The notes under the pieces are model-generated. The model was not told the origin of the DNA, ran no database searches, and worked only from the letters and a program-made list of their open reading frames with translations. The translations under genes were made by a program, and so were the position numbers. Positions 1 to 9,071 of a stretch of 64,000 nt of DNA are shown here, piece after piece. Each line of letters opens with the position of its first letter. Positions within the stretch are counted from its first letter, which is position 1. This stretch comes from Candidatus Latescibacterota bacterium (GTDB lineage Bacteria; Latescibacterota; UBA2968; GCA-2709665), in contig OZ242358.1 in the NCBI GenBank assembly GCA_965208835.1, positions 96,001 to 160,000 of the forward strand. The letters are read 5' to 3'.

Positions 1-247
1 CCCTCGACGACCGACAGGGCGCTGTGGCCGCGGCCCTCGGCTTCGGCACCCCTGACGGACTGTATTCGCAATGATACTTGTGGCTTAAGAAAGCAACTTC
101 CAGCGACGCTAATTTACCTGAACTGGCTTGCAAGAGACAAGCCAGTTCTTTTCTTGCTCGTGTTTTTGTCCTATATTATTTTCGAATTGAAGCGTTAACG
201 CTAATAACAGTCGGGCTTGTTTTCGCAATCGCAATTAAGGCGACGAA

Positions 248-1414
248 ATGAAATCCGGGATTTCAGGAACGCGTGAGCCTCACGGGCACACAGTACGATG
301 TCCTGGAGGGTACAGCGCTTTCGTGCCGGCGCCGCTTCCACCGGCAATCACGTGGGGCGGCGATCTGGTCAGTGCGCTCTCCCGCGCCGACCGGGCGATA
401 GGCCGGCTGGCGGGCGAGGGTCGGCAGATACCGAATCCTCATCTGTTCATCAGGTCGTTTCTCCAACGTGAAGCCGTGCTTTCCAGTCGCATCGAAGGCA
501 CCCGGACCACCCTGGGCGAACTGCTTGCCGCACAGGCCGGGGCACAGGTAGAGCAAAGTGCTGCGGACCTGAGTGAGGTCGTCAACTACGTCGCCGCGTT
601 GGAATACGGGATCCAGCGCCTTGAATCGCTCCCGCTTTCATTGCGCCTCGTTCGCGAACTGCACGAACGCCTGATGCGCGGAGTGCGTGGCGGCGTGGCT
701 GTGCCTGGCGAGTTTCGACGGAGCCAGAACTGGATCGGCCCGCCCGGATGTACACTTAACGACGCGACGTTCGTACCGCCGCCACCCGATGAGCTGATGG
801 GCTGTCTGGGCGCATGGGAGCGATTCCTCCACGACGAGACGTTTCCGCCTTTGATTCACGCCGCCCTCACCCACTCCCAGTTCGAATCGATCCATCCCTT
901 CGTGGACGGAAACGGACGCGTCGGTCGGTTGATAATCTCGCTGTTGTTCGTCGCCCGTGGCGTTCTCCCGGCGCCGTTATTGTATTTGAGCGCATACTTT
1001 GAAGCCACTCGCCCTGAGTACTATGCACACCTGCTTGCCGTGACGCAGGACGGCGCGTGGGAGTCGTGGCTGAACTATTTTCTGGGCGGTGTTGCCGAGC
1101 AGGCCGAAGACGCCATCAACAGAATCCGTCAAATCGACGAATTGTTCCACGTCTGGTCCGAACAGCTCGGTAGTACCGGATCGGCGAATCTGGAAAAGGT
1201 TCTGGAGCTATTCGTCGAATTCCCGTTCTGGAACGTGCCGATGCTCTCATCACAGCTGGGGGTCGCCTATACCACGGCTCGACGCGCCGTTGACCGGTTG
1301 GTATCTGCAGGTATTGTCAGCCCGGTTGGCGATGCAAGGCGAAATCGTGTATATTGTGCGGAAGCTGTGCTCGAAGTGCTTGACGCTGAGGTGTCGTCAA
1401 CTCCTGGAACGTGA
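248..1414 (+). CDS. Fic family protein (AMPylase-type) with C-terminal HTH
   Basis: Intact Fic motif HPFVDGNGRVGR; N-terminal SSRIEG inhibitory-type motif; helical C-terminus. Confidence 0.92.
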   Translation: MKSGISGTREPHGHTVRCPGGYSAFVPAPLPPAITWGGDLVSALSRADRAIGRLAGEGRQIPNPHLFIRSFLQREAVLSSRIEGTRTTLGELLAAQAGAQVEQSAADLSEVVNYVAALEYGIQRLESLPLSLRLVRELHERLMRGVRGGVAVPGEFRRSQNWIGPPGCTLNDATFVPPPPDELMGCLGAWERFLHDETFPPLIHAALTHSQFESIHPFVDGNGRVGRLIISLLFVARGVLPAPLLYLSAYFEATRPEYYAHLLAVTQDGAWESWLNYFLGGVAEQAEDAINRIRQIDELFHVWSEQLGSTGSANLEKVLELFVEFPFWNVPMLSSQLGVAYTTARRAVDRLVSAGIVSPVGDARRNRVYCAEAVLEVLDAEVSSTPGT

Positions 1415-1677
1415 GCAACGGAATTCCAGTATTTCCGCCGTTCTCGACATTAAGCGCGAATGAAGATTGAATTGTCCTTCATCGTGCATTGGCCTCATAT
1501 TATTAGCGAATCGAGATATTTTCGATAATAAGATGGTTTCTTATTTTCACCTTCGCAAATAACGCGCGGTTATGGCGAGTGGTTTCGATGAGAGTGCATG
1601 CCGATGCGCGCACGGCGTAAAGCTGCGGGCGACCGCAGGCAATCTGCACTCTGTCACGGCACAATTGATGAATATCC

Positions 1678-1826
1678 GGAGCGAGGGCATCCTGCCCTCG
1701 AACATCGTGTGACCCATCAATGCCCGAATCAATGGCTAAATGTCTCATTTGGATCCGATTTCATATTGAAGATGAAGGCGCCAGAGCCTCGCGGATTAGT
1801 CGTCGAGGGCAGGATGCCCTCGCTCC
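1678..1826. repeat. REPIN-like element with perfect 24-bp inverted repeats
   Basis: ggagcgagggcatcctgccctcga (1678-1701) and its exact reverse complement (1803-1826); each arm is itself palindromic. Confidence 0.8.
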
Positions 1827-1913
1827 CGGGAACGCCAACCCGACCGGTCCCAGGTCGGTTTCAGTCTTGGACAGCAGCGATTTCATACTCAACCTGAATT
1901 TGCAAGGGCAGCG

Positions 1914-3278
1914 ATGGCAAATCTAAAGCGAATCGAATCGTGTTCTCTCGACCGTATCAAGACAATGAGAGACGTGGTCGCGAGGGAAATCGAGAGCGTT
2001 AACGAGAAATTGGCTGCGGAAGAAGAGAAGATCAGCCGCCTGGCCGAGAGTGCGGACACGGTTGCCTTGAAGAAGAAGCACGGACGTTACGAGCTGGACC
2101 TGGACGCGGCCGATTCGCGAATCTCGACGTTGAACGAGGAAAAACAGACACTGGAGGACAAAGCCAGGGTCATCGACCAGGCCTTCCAGAAGAAACATCT
2201 GATGGACAGGCAGGCCGACACGCTGGGCGGCGTCCGGAACGTCCATCTGAAGGACATCATCATCTTCTTCCTCATCCTGTTTCTGATCTCGATCCTTGTC
2301 GTGGACCTGCTCGGCATCGGCGCGAACGGCGGCGGCGCGGCTGCAACGGCGGAAGTCAAAGAGGGGAAGATCAGCAAAATCGTCATACAGAAACAGGGCG
2401 CCGGGTACGAGCGCGTGAATATTCACATCGCGGACAACGCCGGATCCGGCGCGCTCGTTTCCGGGCACGTGACCGGAGGAAAACTGACTGGTGTGGACAT
2501 TGTAGACAGTGGGCAGAAATACAAGAACCCCGTTGTGGAAGTACACCCGCATTTCTCGGTGGGTACGCTCTGGATCTTCTGGATCATCGACGTGGTATGC
2601 TGCGCTATTTTCATGGCCAACTTTATCTTCGAACACAGGCTTGCCGCTTCCAAAAGATGGTACTGGAAGAACAACTGGATCGACTTCATCACGTCCATTC
2701 CGCTTCCTCCGGTGCAGGTTATCGCGGCCTCCGGCGACCTCGGCGTTGTGCGCCTGGGCCGTCTGCTGCGGGCCGTGCGGATCTTGCGGGCGCTGCGGCT
2801 GATGCGTATCGGCCTGTTCTTCTGGCGAGGCATGGACCACCTCAGCACCACGCTGGACGTACGTCTGCTCAAAAGGTCCCTGCTTTACGGCCTCCTGTCC
2901 CTCGTGTTCGGCGCCGTCGTTTTCATGTTTCTGGAGCACATGGAGTCGGGCTCAGGATTCTGGCAGAGCCTCTGGTGGAGTTTTACCACGCTCGTCACCG
3001 GCGGGTACGCCGACATCCACAACCCCGAAACCGCTTCCGGCAGAATCCTCACGGTTTTTCTGGTGATCACCGGAATGGTTCTGGTGGGCGTCTTTACCGC
3101 GACGTTGACGAGCATACTGGTCAAGGAAGAGGAATCCATACAAGCCGAGGAACTCGACGAGCAGACCGCGATCGTCACGAAGATCCGGAAAGATGTCGAG
3201 GCGACGAACCAACGCCTGGACCGGCTGGAAGGAAGCGTTCGGGAGATCCGGGACGCCGTCACGGGACGGGAGGAATAG
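1914..3278 (+). CDS. Voltage-gated K+ channel-like ion transporter
   Basis: S4-like RLGRLLRAVRILRALRLMR; pore helix/filter WWSFTTLVTGGYAD; multiple TM helices; N- and C-terminal coiled coils. Confidence 0.85.
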   Translation: MANLKRIESCSLDRIKTMRDVVAREIESVNEKLAAEEEKISRLAESADTVALKKKHGRYELDLDAADSRISTLNEEKQTLEDKARVIDQAFQKKHLMDRQADTLGGVRNVHLKDIIIFFLILFLISILVVDLLGIGANGGGAAATAEVKEGKISKIVIQKQGAGYERVNIHIADNAGSGALVSGHVTGGKLTGVDIVDSGQKYKNPVVEVHPHFSVGTLWIFWIIDVVCCAIFMANFIFEHRLAASKRWYWKNNWIDFITSIPLPPVQVIAASGDLGVVRLGRLLRAVRILRALRLMRIGLFFWRGMDHLSTTLDVRLLKRSLLYGLLSLVFGAVVFMFLEHMESGSGFWQSLWWSFTTLVTGGYADIHNPETASGRILTVFLVITGMVLVGVFTATLTSILVKEEESIQAEELDEQTAIVTKIRKDVEATNQRLDRLEGSVREIRDAVTGREE

Positions 3279-3281
3279 CCG

Positions 3282-4547
3282 ATCCCCGCATCCGGGAAGC
3301 ACGATCCCTACGCGGCATTCCGCATCGCGAACTACCGGCGATACATCCTGGGCTGGTTCTTCGCCATCGTGGGAAACCAGATCCAGAGCATCGCGATCGG
3401 ATGGGAGATATACCAGCGGACCGGCCAGGCGCTCTCCCTTGGGCTGGTCGGTCTCGCGCAAGCCGTGCCGACGATCGTCCTCGCCCTGCCTGCAGGCTTC
3501 CTCGCGGACAGGTTCGACCGTCGCAGGGTTGTTGTCCTCAGCATGCTGGGCACGACCCTGACGTCGCTCGGACTCCTTGCGCTCTCGCTCGGCGAGGGGC
3601 CGATCCTCCTGATGTATGCTCTCCTGGCGCTGGATGCCACCGCCACGTGCCTGGGGCGCCCGGCCAGAACCGCCCTGGTGCCCCTGCTCGTCCCGCGTGA
3701 CGTCTTCCCGATCGCAGTGACCTGGAACACCAGCCTGATGCAGATGGCGTGGGTGATCGGCCCGGCCCTGGGCGGCTTCGTCGTCATGTACAGCGTTCCC
3801 GCCGCCTATGGGCTCAGTGCGGCGAGCACCCTGGTTTTCGTGGTTCTGCTTACGCGGGTGGATTTCCGTTCGGAGCCCGAAAAGCCTGAACCCGCTTCGC
3901 TCACCACCCTGCTGGCGGGCATTCGCTACGTCTGGCGCACCCGCCTCATCCTCTCCCTGATGGCCCTGGACATGTTCGCCGTACTGCTGGGCGGCGCCGT
4001 CTACCTGCTTCCCATCTATGCGGAGGAGATTCTTCGCGTTGGCCCTCAGGGCTTCGGATGGCTCCGGGCCGCCCCGGGCGTCGGCGCCTTCTGCATGGCG
4101 ATCCTACTGGTCTACCTGCCGCCAATGCGGCGCGCGGGACGAAATCTCCTGTTTGCGGTGGCCGGATTCGGCGCGGCCACCATCGTCTTCGGCTTCTCTC
4201 AATCCTTCTGGCTCTCCCTGGCCATGCTGTTCCTCACCGGCGCGTTCGACAACGTCAGCATGGTCGTCCGTCACACGCTCGTCCAGCTGCTCACCACCAA
4301 CCGGATGCGCGGCCGCGTACTGGCCGTGAACTACGTCTTCATCGGCGCTTCCAATGAACTGGGCGGTATGGAATCCGGCCTTGTCGCCCACTGGTTCGGA
4401 CCGGTCGTCTCGGTGGTCAGCGGCGGAATCGGCACCCTCCTCGTGGTTATCGGAACTGCAACCGGTGTTCCCGGCCTTCGCCGCTTCGGCGCGCTCCACG
4501 AAGCCAGGCCTGAGGAAGAGGATGCCCGGGAGAAGGGGGAAAACTGA
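3282..4547 (+). CDS. MFS transporter (start uncertain: ATC 3282 or GTG 3369)
   Basis: MFS motif A GFLADRFDRR; ~12 hydrophobic segments; open frame extends upstream to HDPYAAFRIANYRRY. Confidence 0.88.
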   Translation: MPASGKHDPYAAFRIANYRRYILGWFFAIVGNQIQSIAIGWEIYQRTGQALSLGLVGLAQAVPTIVLALPAGFLADRFDRRRVVVLSMLGTTLTSLGLLALSLGEGPILLMYALLALDATATCLGRPARTALVPLLVPRDVFPIAVTWNTSLMQMAWVIGPALGGFVVMYSVPAAYGLSAASTLVFVVLLTRVDFRSEPEKPEPASLTTLLAGIRYVWRTRLILSLMALDMFAVLLGGAVYLLPIYAEEILRVGPQGFGWLRAAPGVGAFCMAILLVYLPPMRRAGRNLLFAVAGFGAATIVFGFSQSFWLSLAMLFLTGAFDNVSMVVRHTLVQLLTTNRMRGRVLAVNYVFIGASNELGGMESGLVAHWFGPVVSVVSGGIGTLLVVIGTATGVPGLRRFGALHEARPEEEDAREKGEN

Positions 4548-4596
4548 ACAACCGGTTCGCATTCTACTCTTCGAGCGCGCGGTTACATCGCATATC

Positions 4597-4660
4597 ACTC
4601 CCCCCTTGAGGGGGAGTCGGCAAGCCAAGGGCGCCAGCCCGCAGGCGCGCCGGTGGGGGG
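4597..4660. repeat. REP-like palindromic element
   Basis: actccccccttgagggggagt hairpin followed by a GC-rich tract ending ggtgggggg; intergenic. Confidence 0.5.
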
Positions 4661-4768
4661 TAATCGAGCCAATGAACAGGTTTCGCCTTGTCCGGGAACT
4701 GTCATTCTGCCACTGAGCAAATCAAACCCGTGACGTGATGCCGTATATGCAACCGCAGATGGATCGCT

Positions 4769-7732
4769 ATGACGAGAATTTCAATTCCAGGGATCGTGGT
4801 ACCGGCGCTGCTTGCGCTCGTCACATTCTGCGCATCGCCCTCGCAGGCACAACAGATCCCGCCGGACGAATCGTGGCGCACGCTCGAGACGGAACACTTC
4901 CGCGTTACCTACCCTGAGCGACTCGAAGACCTGGCGCGCCGGGCAGCCGATCGCGCGGAGTGGGCCCACCCCCGGCTTTCCGAAAGGTTCATACGCGGAC
5001 CGAGCGGAATGATCGATATCGTCGTCACCGATCATATCGATGCCGCCAACGGTTACGCGACCCCATTTCCCTCGAACCGCATCGTCCTATACGCACGGCC
5101 GCCTGTCGACAGCTTCCTGCTCGGCCACTTCGACGATTGGTTGGAACTTCTGATCGTTCACGAGCTGACGCATATCTTTCACCTCGACCGTCGCGGGCGG
5201 TACAGCGTTCGGGGGTTGTTTGGACGGATCCCGGTCCCCGTTTTCGGCTTCCCGGCCATTGCAACGCCGCTGTGGGTCATCGAAGGCATCGCCACCTGGT
5301 ACGAGTCCGCGCTGACCGGCGAGGGCCGCGTCCTGGGAACCTACCACAAGATGGTGCTTCGAACGGCAGCGCTGGAGGGCCGCTTCGAGTCCATCGGACA
5401 GGCGGGGGGATGGTCGCCGCAATGGCCTGGCGGGCTCCGCGCATACGTTTACGGATCTATGTTCTTCGAGCACCTCATGCGCAAATACGGCCGGGACCGC
5501 ATGTCCGCGTTCGTCGAAGCAGTCGAGGGGCAGTGGATACCCTATCGGCTCGACGCCGCGGGAAGGAGCGCATTCGGCGCGAGCCTGTCGAGCGAGTGGA
5601 CCGAATGGTCGAAGGCGTGGCGTGATTCGGTTGCGGGGCTCGACGCCCGCCTCTCCAGGTTTGGCGCGATTTCCAAACCCGAAAGGCTGACTAGCGGCGC
5701 CCGCTACGCGCTCTACCCGCGGGTGTCTCCCGATGGGTCGACGCTGGTCTACCGTCGATCGGATGGCCGTTCGGATCCCGTACTGGTTTCGACCGGGCTG
5801 GACGGCGGCGGCGAAACGACTGTCACGCGGATCCGTGGGGGCAGGTTCGCGTTCACGCCCGGCGGCGACGTCCTCACCGGGCAGTTGGAATTCTCAGGGC
5901 GATACCGGCTGTTCAGCGATATCTATCGGGTGTCCCGGGACGGCGCGATGGACCGGTTGACACATGGCGCGCGACTGACTGCGCCGTCGGCCGGACCCGG
6001 CGATCGGGCCGTCGCGGTATTGGAAGGAAACGGCGCGACGGGATTGGCTCGAGTCGATACCCGCACGGGGGCCGTCGAGCCGCTGTTGCACCCTGAAGCC
6101 GGCGTCCAGTGGGCGTTCCCGGCGGTGTCCCCCAACGGAAAATGGATCGCGGCGACACGTTGGGTTGGCGGGAATCATGACGTCGTCATCCTCGACGCTG
6201 AAGGTGGCCTCGTCAGCCATGTCACCGATGACCGTGCGATGGACTTCGCCCCCGCATGGAGCCCCGACGGACGGTGGCTGGTATGGTCGTCCGACCGGAC
6301 CGGCATCCTCAATGTCTTCGCGGCACGGGTCGACAGTGGGCGGGCCGCGCCTCCGGTTATGCTTACGAACGTTAGAACCGGCGCGGCGTGGCCCAGTGTG
6401 GATCCGTCGGGGAAATGGCTCTATTTTTCGGGGTATCACGTGGACGGCTGGGAGATCGAACGCATGCCGTTCAATCCGAATGCCGCGCCGCCCGCGCCAC
6501 GATATACCGCCGATTCAACGCGCACCGCGGCGGGGATGGCGGCCGCATCGATCGCATCCGAGGCGGATGAGCGGGGCGCACGTGCCGGCGGGCAGGCGCG
6601 CGACTATTCGCCGTCGTCCACGCTCCGGCCCCGATACTGGGTGCCGTACGCGACGCTGACCCTCTCCGGCGCCGGAAATGGCACGACGCTCCGGACGAAG
6701 GCGCTTGGCACATCCGTCGGGGCGTTTACGTCTGGCGTGGACCTCGTGGGCCGGCACGCCTACAGCGTCGGAACCAGAATCTTTCTGCCGGCAGGAGGAT
6801 ATTCGGGAGGAAGGGGCGCGGGTGTTCTGTCGTATCGGTACGCCGGACTCGGCAACCCCGCGCTGGGCTTATTGATGTCGCAGAACTGGGACGAGGAGCG
6901 CGTCAGGGCCGATTCCACGTTCATTCTGGAACGAACCCGCCGCGCAGTCGTGTCGATGAACCTTGCGCGCCCCAGGATATGGAATACGGTTTCATTCACG
7001 CTTTCAGGCGGACTGTTGCGGGAGGACCGGGAGGCGCTGGATTCTGAGCTTCAGCCGGCGGACCTGTCGAAATACGACAGTCCCCACAGCACCCTGGGTG
7101 AAGTCGCGGCGGATTTCTCAGCCACCACCGCCAGGTCGCACGCGTTTCAGATGGGCAGGGCCGCCGGTGCGACATTCTTCGTTCGCGCGACGCGGCGATT
7201 CGACTTGGCCGGTGACTCATTGGACGACCGCTCCGTCGACGCCGTCTCCGGCGCCTTCAGGACCTACGCGAAGCTGCCGGGAGGCGGATTCGCGGCGCCC
7301 GTCCTGGCGCTCAGGGCGAGCGCGGGCGCTGCGGGGGGGCCGGACAGCGGGCGGGGGTACTACAAGGTCGGCGGCGTGTCGCGACGCCTGTTTCCCGTGC
7401 GTGGCTACGAGAGCACGCAAAGGTCCGGACGGCGCGCCTGGTCGGCGTCGCTGGAGTTACGCCTGCCGGCCGCGCTGGTCAACCGCGCCATCCGAACGCC
7501 GCTGCTGCACTTCGACCGCGCCTTTCTCACGCTCTTCGCCGACGCGGGCAACGCCTGGGGGCGGGATTACTCATCGCAGAACACACCCGAGCCGCTCCTG
7601 TCCGCCGGCGCCGAGTTCGTCTACGACTTCGGCATCCTCTACGTCCCATTCCGCTTCCGCGCCGGCGCGGGTTACGGGTTCACCAACCCAAAGGGCGCCG
7701 TGCCTTACCTCCAGCTCGGTACGTCGTTTTGA
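4769..7732 (+). CDS. Outer membrane protein: metallopeptidase-like domain + TolB/PD40 propeller + Omp85-type barrel
   Basis: Signal peptide; HELTH and WVIEGIA motifs; SPDG/SPNG repeats; VRGY motif; C-terminal Phe. Confidence 0.75.
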   Translation: MTRISIPGIVVPALLALVTFCASPSQAQQIPPDESWRTLETEHFRVTYPERLEDLARRAADRAEWAHPRLSERFIRGPSGMIDIVVTDHIDAANGYATPFPSNRIVLYARPPVDSFLLGHFDDWLELLIVHELTHIFHLDRRGRYSVRGLFGRIPVPVFGFPAIATPLWVIEGIATWYESALTGEGRVLGTYHKMVLRTAALEGRFESIGQAGGWSPQWPGGLRAYVYGSMFFEHLMRKYGRDRMSAFVEAVEGQWIPYRLDAAGRSAFGASLSSEWTEWSKAWRDSVAGLDARLSRFGAISKPERLTSGARYALYPRVSPDGSTLVYRRSDGRSDPVLVSTGLDGGGETTVTRIRGGRFAFTPGGDVLTGQLEFSGRYRLFSDIYRVSRDGAMDRLTHGARLTAPSAGPGDRAVAVLEGNGATGLARVDTRTGAVEPLLHPEAGVQWAFPAVSPNGKWIAATRWVGGNHDVVILDAEGGLVSHVTDDRAMDFAPAWSPDGRWLVWSSDRTGILNVFAARVDSGRAAPPVMLTNVRTGAAWPSVDPSGKWLYFSGYHVDGWEIERMPFNPNAAPPAPRYTADSTRTAAGMAAASIASEADERGARAGGQARDYSPSSTLRPRYWVPYATLTLSGAGNGTTLRTKALGTSVGAFTSGVDLVGRHAYSVGTRIFLPAGGYSGGRGAGVLSYRYAGLGNPALGLLMSQNWDEERVRADSTFILERTRRAVVSMNLARPRIWNTVSFTLSGGLLREDREALDSELQPADLSKYDSPHSTLGEVAADFSATTARSHAFQMGRAAGATFFVRATRRFDLAGDSLDDRSVDAVSGAFRTYAKLPGGGFAAPVLALRASAGAAGGPDSGRGYYKVGGVSRRLFPVRGYESTQRSGRRAWSASLELRLPAALVNRAIRTPLLHFDRAFLTLFADAGNAWGRDYSSQNTPEPLLSAGAEFVYDFGILYVPFRFRAGAGYGFTNPKGAVPYLQLGTSF

Positions 7733-7778
7733 GCCGATTGTAGCAAATCAGCGGGCGGTCGCATCGAAGACTGCGCAC

Positions 7779-7813
7779 AAAAAAAGCCCCGGAGATTCAT
7801 TTCTCGGGGTGTT
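7779..7813. terminator. Hairpin between convergent genes; left boundary repeat of the island
   Basis: A-run plus ccccggaga-ttcatt-tctcgggg stem-loop. Confidence 0.6.
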
Positions 7814-8027
7814 GTAATTTCGACTTGAGATTGTCAAACACTTGCAGCGTGTCTCAATTGCTGTTCAAGTTCATTCGACGTTAGGCGAACAACCGATCGA
7901 TCACGTTCACCCCCGCGCTGATGAACCTAGGCTTGGCCATAGAAATCTGTGGATTTTCGAGTCAAATTTCAATCTACCTGCCTCTGCCTTTCAACTAAAC
8001 ACTTGATCGCGCGCGCAAGACGGGTTC

Positions 8028-8792
8028 TTATTCACCAGTATCTTCTAGCCTTTTGTCAAAATGACATCTTAGACCAATAAGGCTGGCAATTGACGCCACC
8101 GATTCTTCATTTGTAACAAACCATTCCCTACGTTTGTTTCTCCCGTTCCGATGGCCGATAGTACGTAGATGTTCCTGAATCTTCCCTTCGATTTCCTTCA
8201 AATCATCATTGGATTCCGTTACCCAAACCTGCAGAATCATTACAGGTTCAGGCATGCCGGTACTTTGTTTAACTGCGCGCTTAAAGGCATCCCTTGTTGA
8301 CATCCCGACTTTCAAATAGGTCCTCGCATCGCAATCTTCGTTCTGTTCAATTACAGGATGGTGCAGATAATGCGGATACGTATACACGTAAATTCCCGGA
8401 ACTAGCATTTTCGAAATATCCGTCGCCTGCTTTTCAACTTCCTCAACTTCCTCATCTATCGCCTGTACATTGGTCGCCCGAGTTTCACACTGCCCTGCCC
8501 TATATTCTAGAACCCTTTGGACTTCCAGAGAAAAATCGTGGCGCTTGACGAAACTTTTCAACGCCCCTGAAGTCTGTTTGGCGAGTGTAGGACTATTGGG
8601 CAGTACTCCTTGTTCTATCGCTCGAATGTAAGTCCTGTAAGTTGATACGAATCCAGATGAAGAGACCCCCAAGGATTCTGCGATTTCTTCAGCAGTCTTG
8701 CCTTGGTCCGTTAATCGCCACACATCGCCGAGCCGTCTGTTATCGTTAGTTAAGGCATTTCTGATTTCGTTCAAGAACGAATTTTCATCCAT
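8028..8792 (-). CDS. HTH + T5orf172/GIY-YIG family nuclease
   Basis: GIYVY...YLKVGMS...R...TGMPEP...E...REWF pattern; N-terminal EEIAESLGVS HTH; ATG 8792 with AAGGAAG upstream. Confidence 0.75.
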   Translation of the reverse strand: MDENSFLNEIRNALTNDNRRLGDVWRLTDQGKTAEEIAESLGVSSSGFVSTYRTYIRAIEQGVLPNSPTLAKQTSGALKSFVKRHDFSLEVQRVLEYRAGQCETRATNVQAIDEEVEEVEKQATDISKMLVPGIYVYTYPHYLHHPVIEQNEDCDARTYLKVGMSTRDAFKRAVKQSTGMPEPVMILQVWVTESNDDLKEIEGKIQEHLRTIGHRNGRNKRREWFVTNEESVASIASLIGLRCHFDKRLEDTGE

Positions 8793-9071
8793 CGTATCTT
8801 CCTTGAATATCTGTAAAATCTCCGTGACTTTCTCCAAGAGAGCGACACTTTGGCAGTAACCCCACCATCAGTTGTCGGAAGATCGGCGGTTAGCCAAGAT
8901 GTGACGTCTGTATGGCGAACGTCCTTACTTCTGAACGAGAAGACGTGTGCCCTCCCTTTGATGTCGGGTCTTGTATTGACCTGTACGAGTGGGTCTATGT
9001 GTCGATACCACGTTTACGGAAATTTGCGGCGCTCGACCTCTTCCATTCTTCCATTGTCGATTCACCCTATG

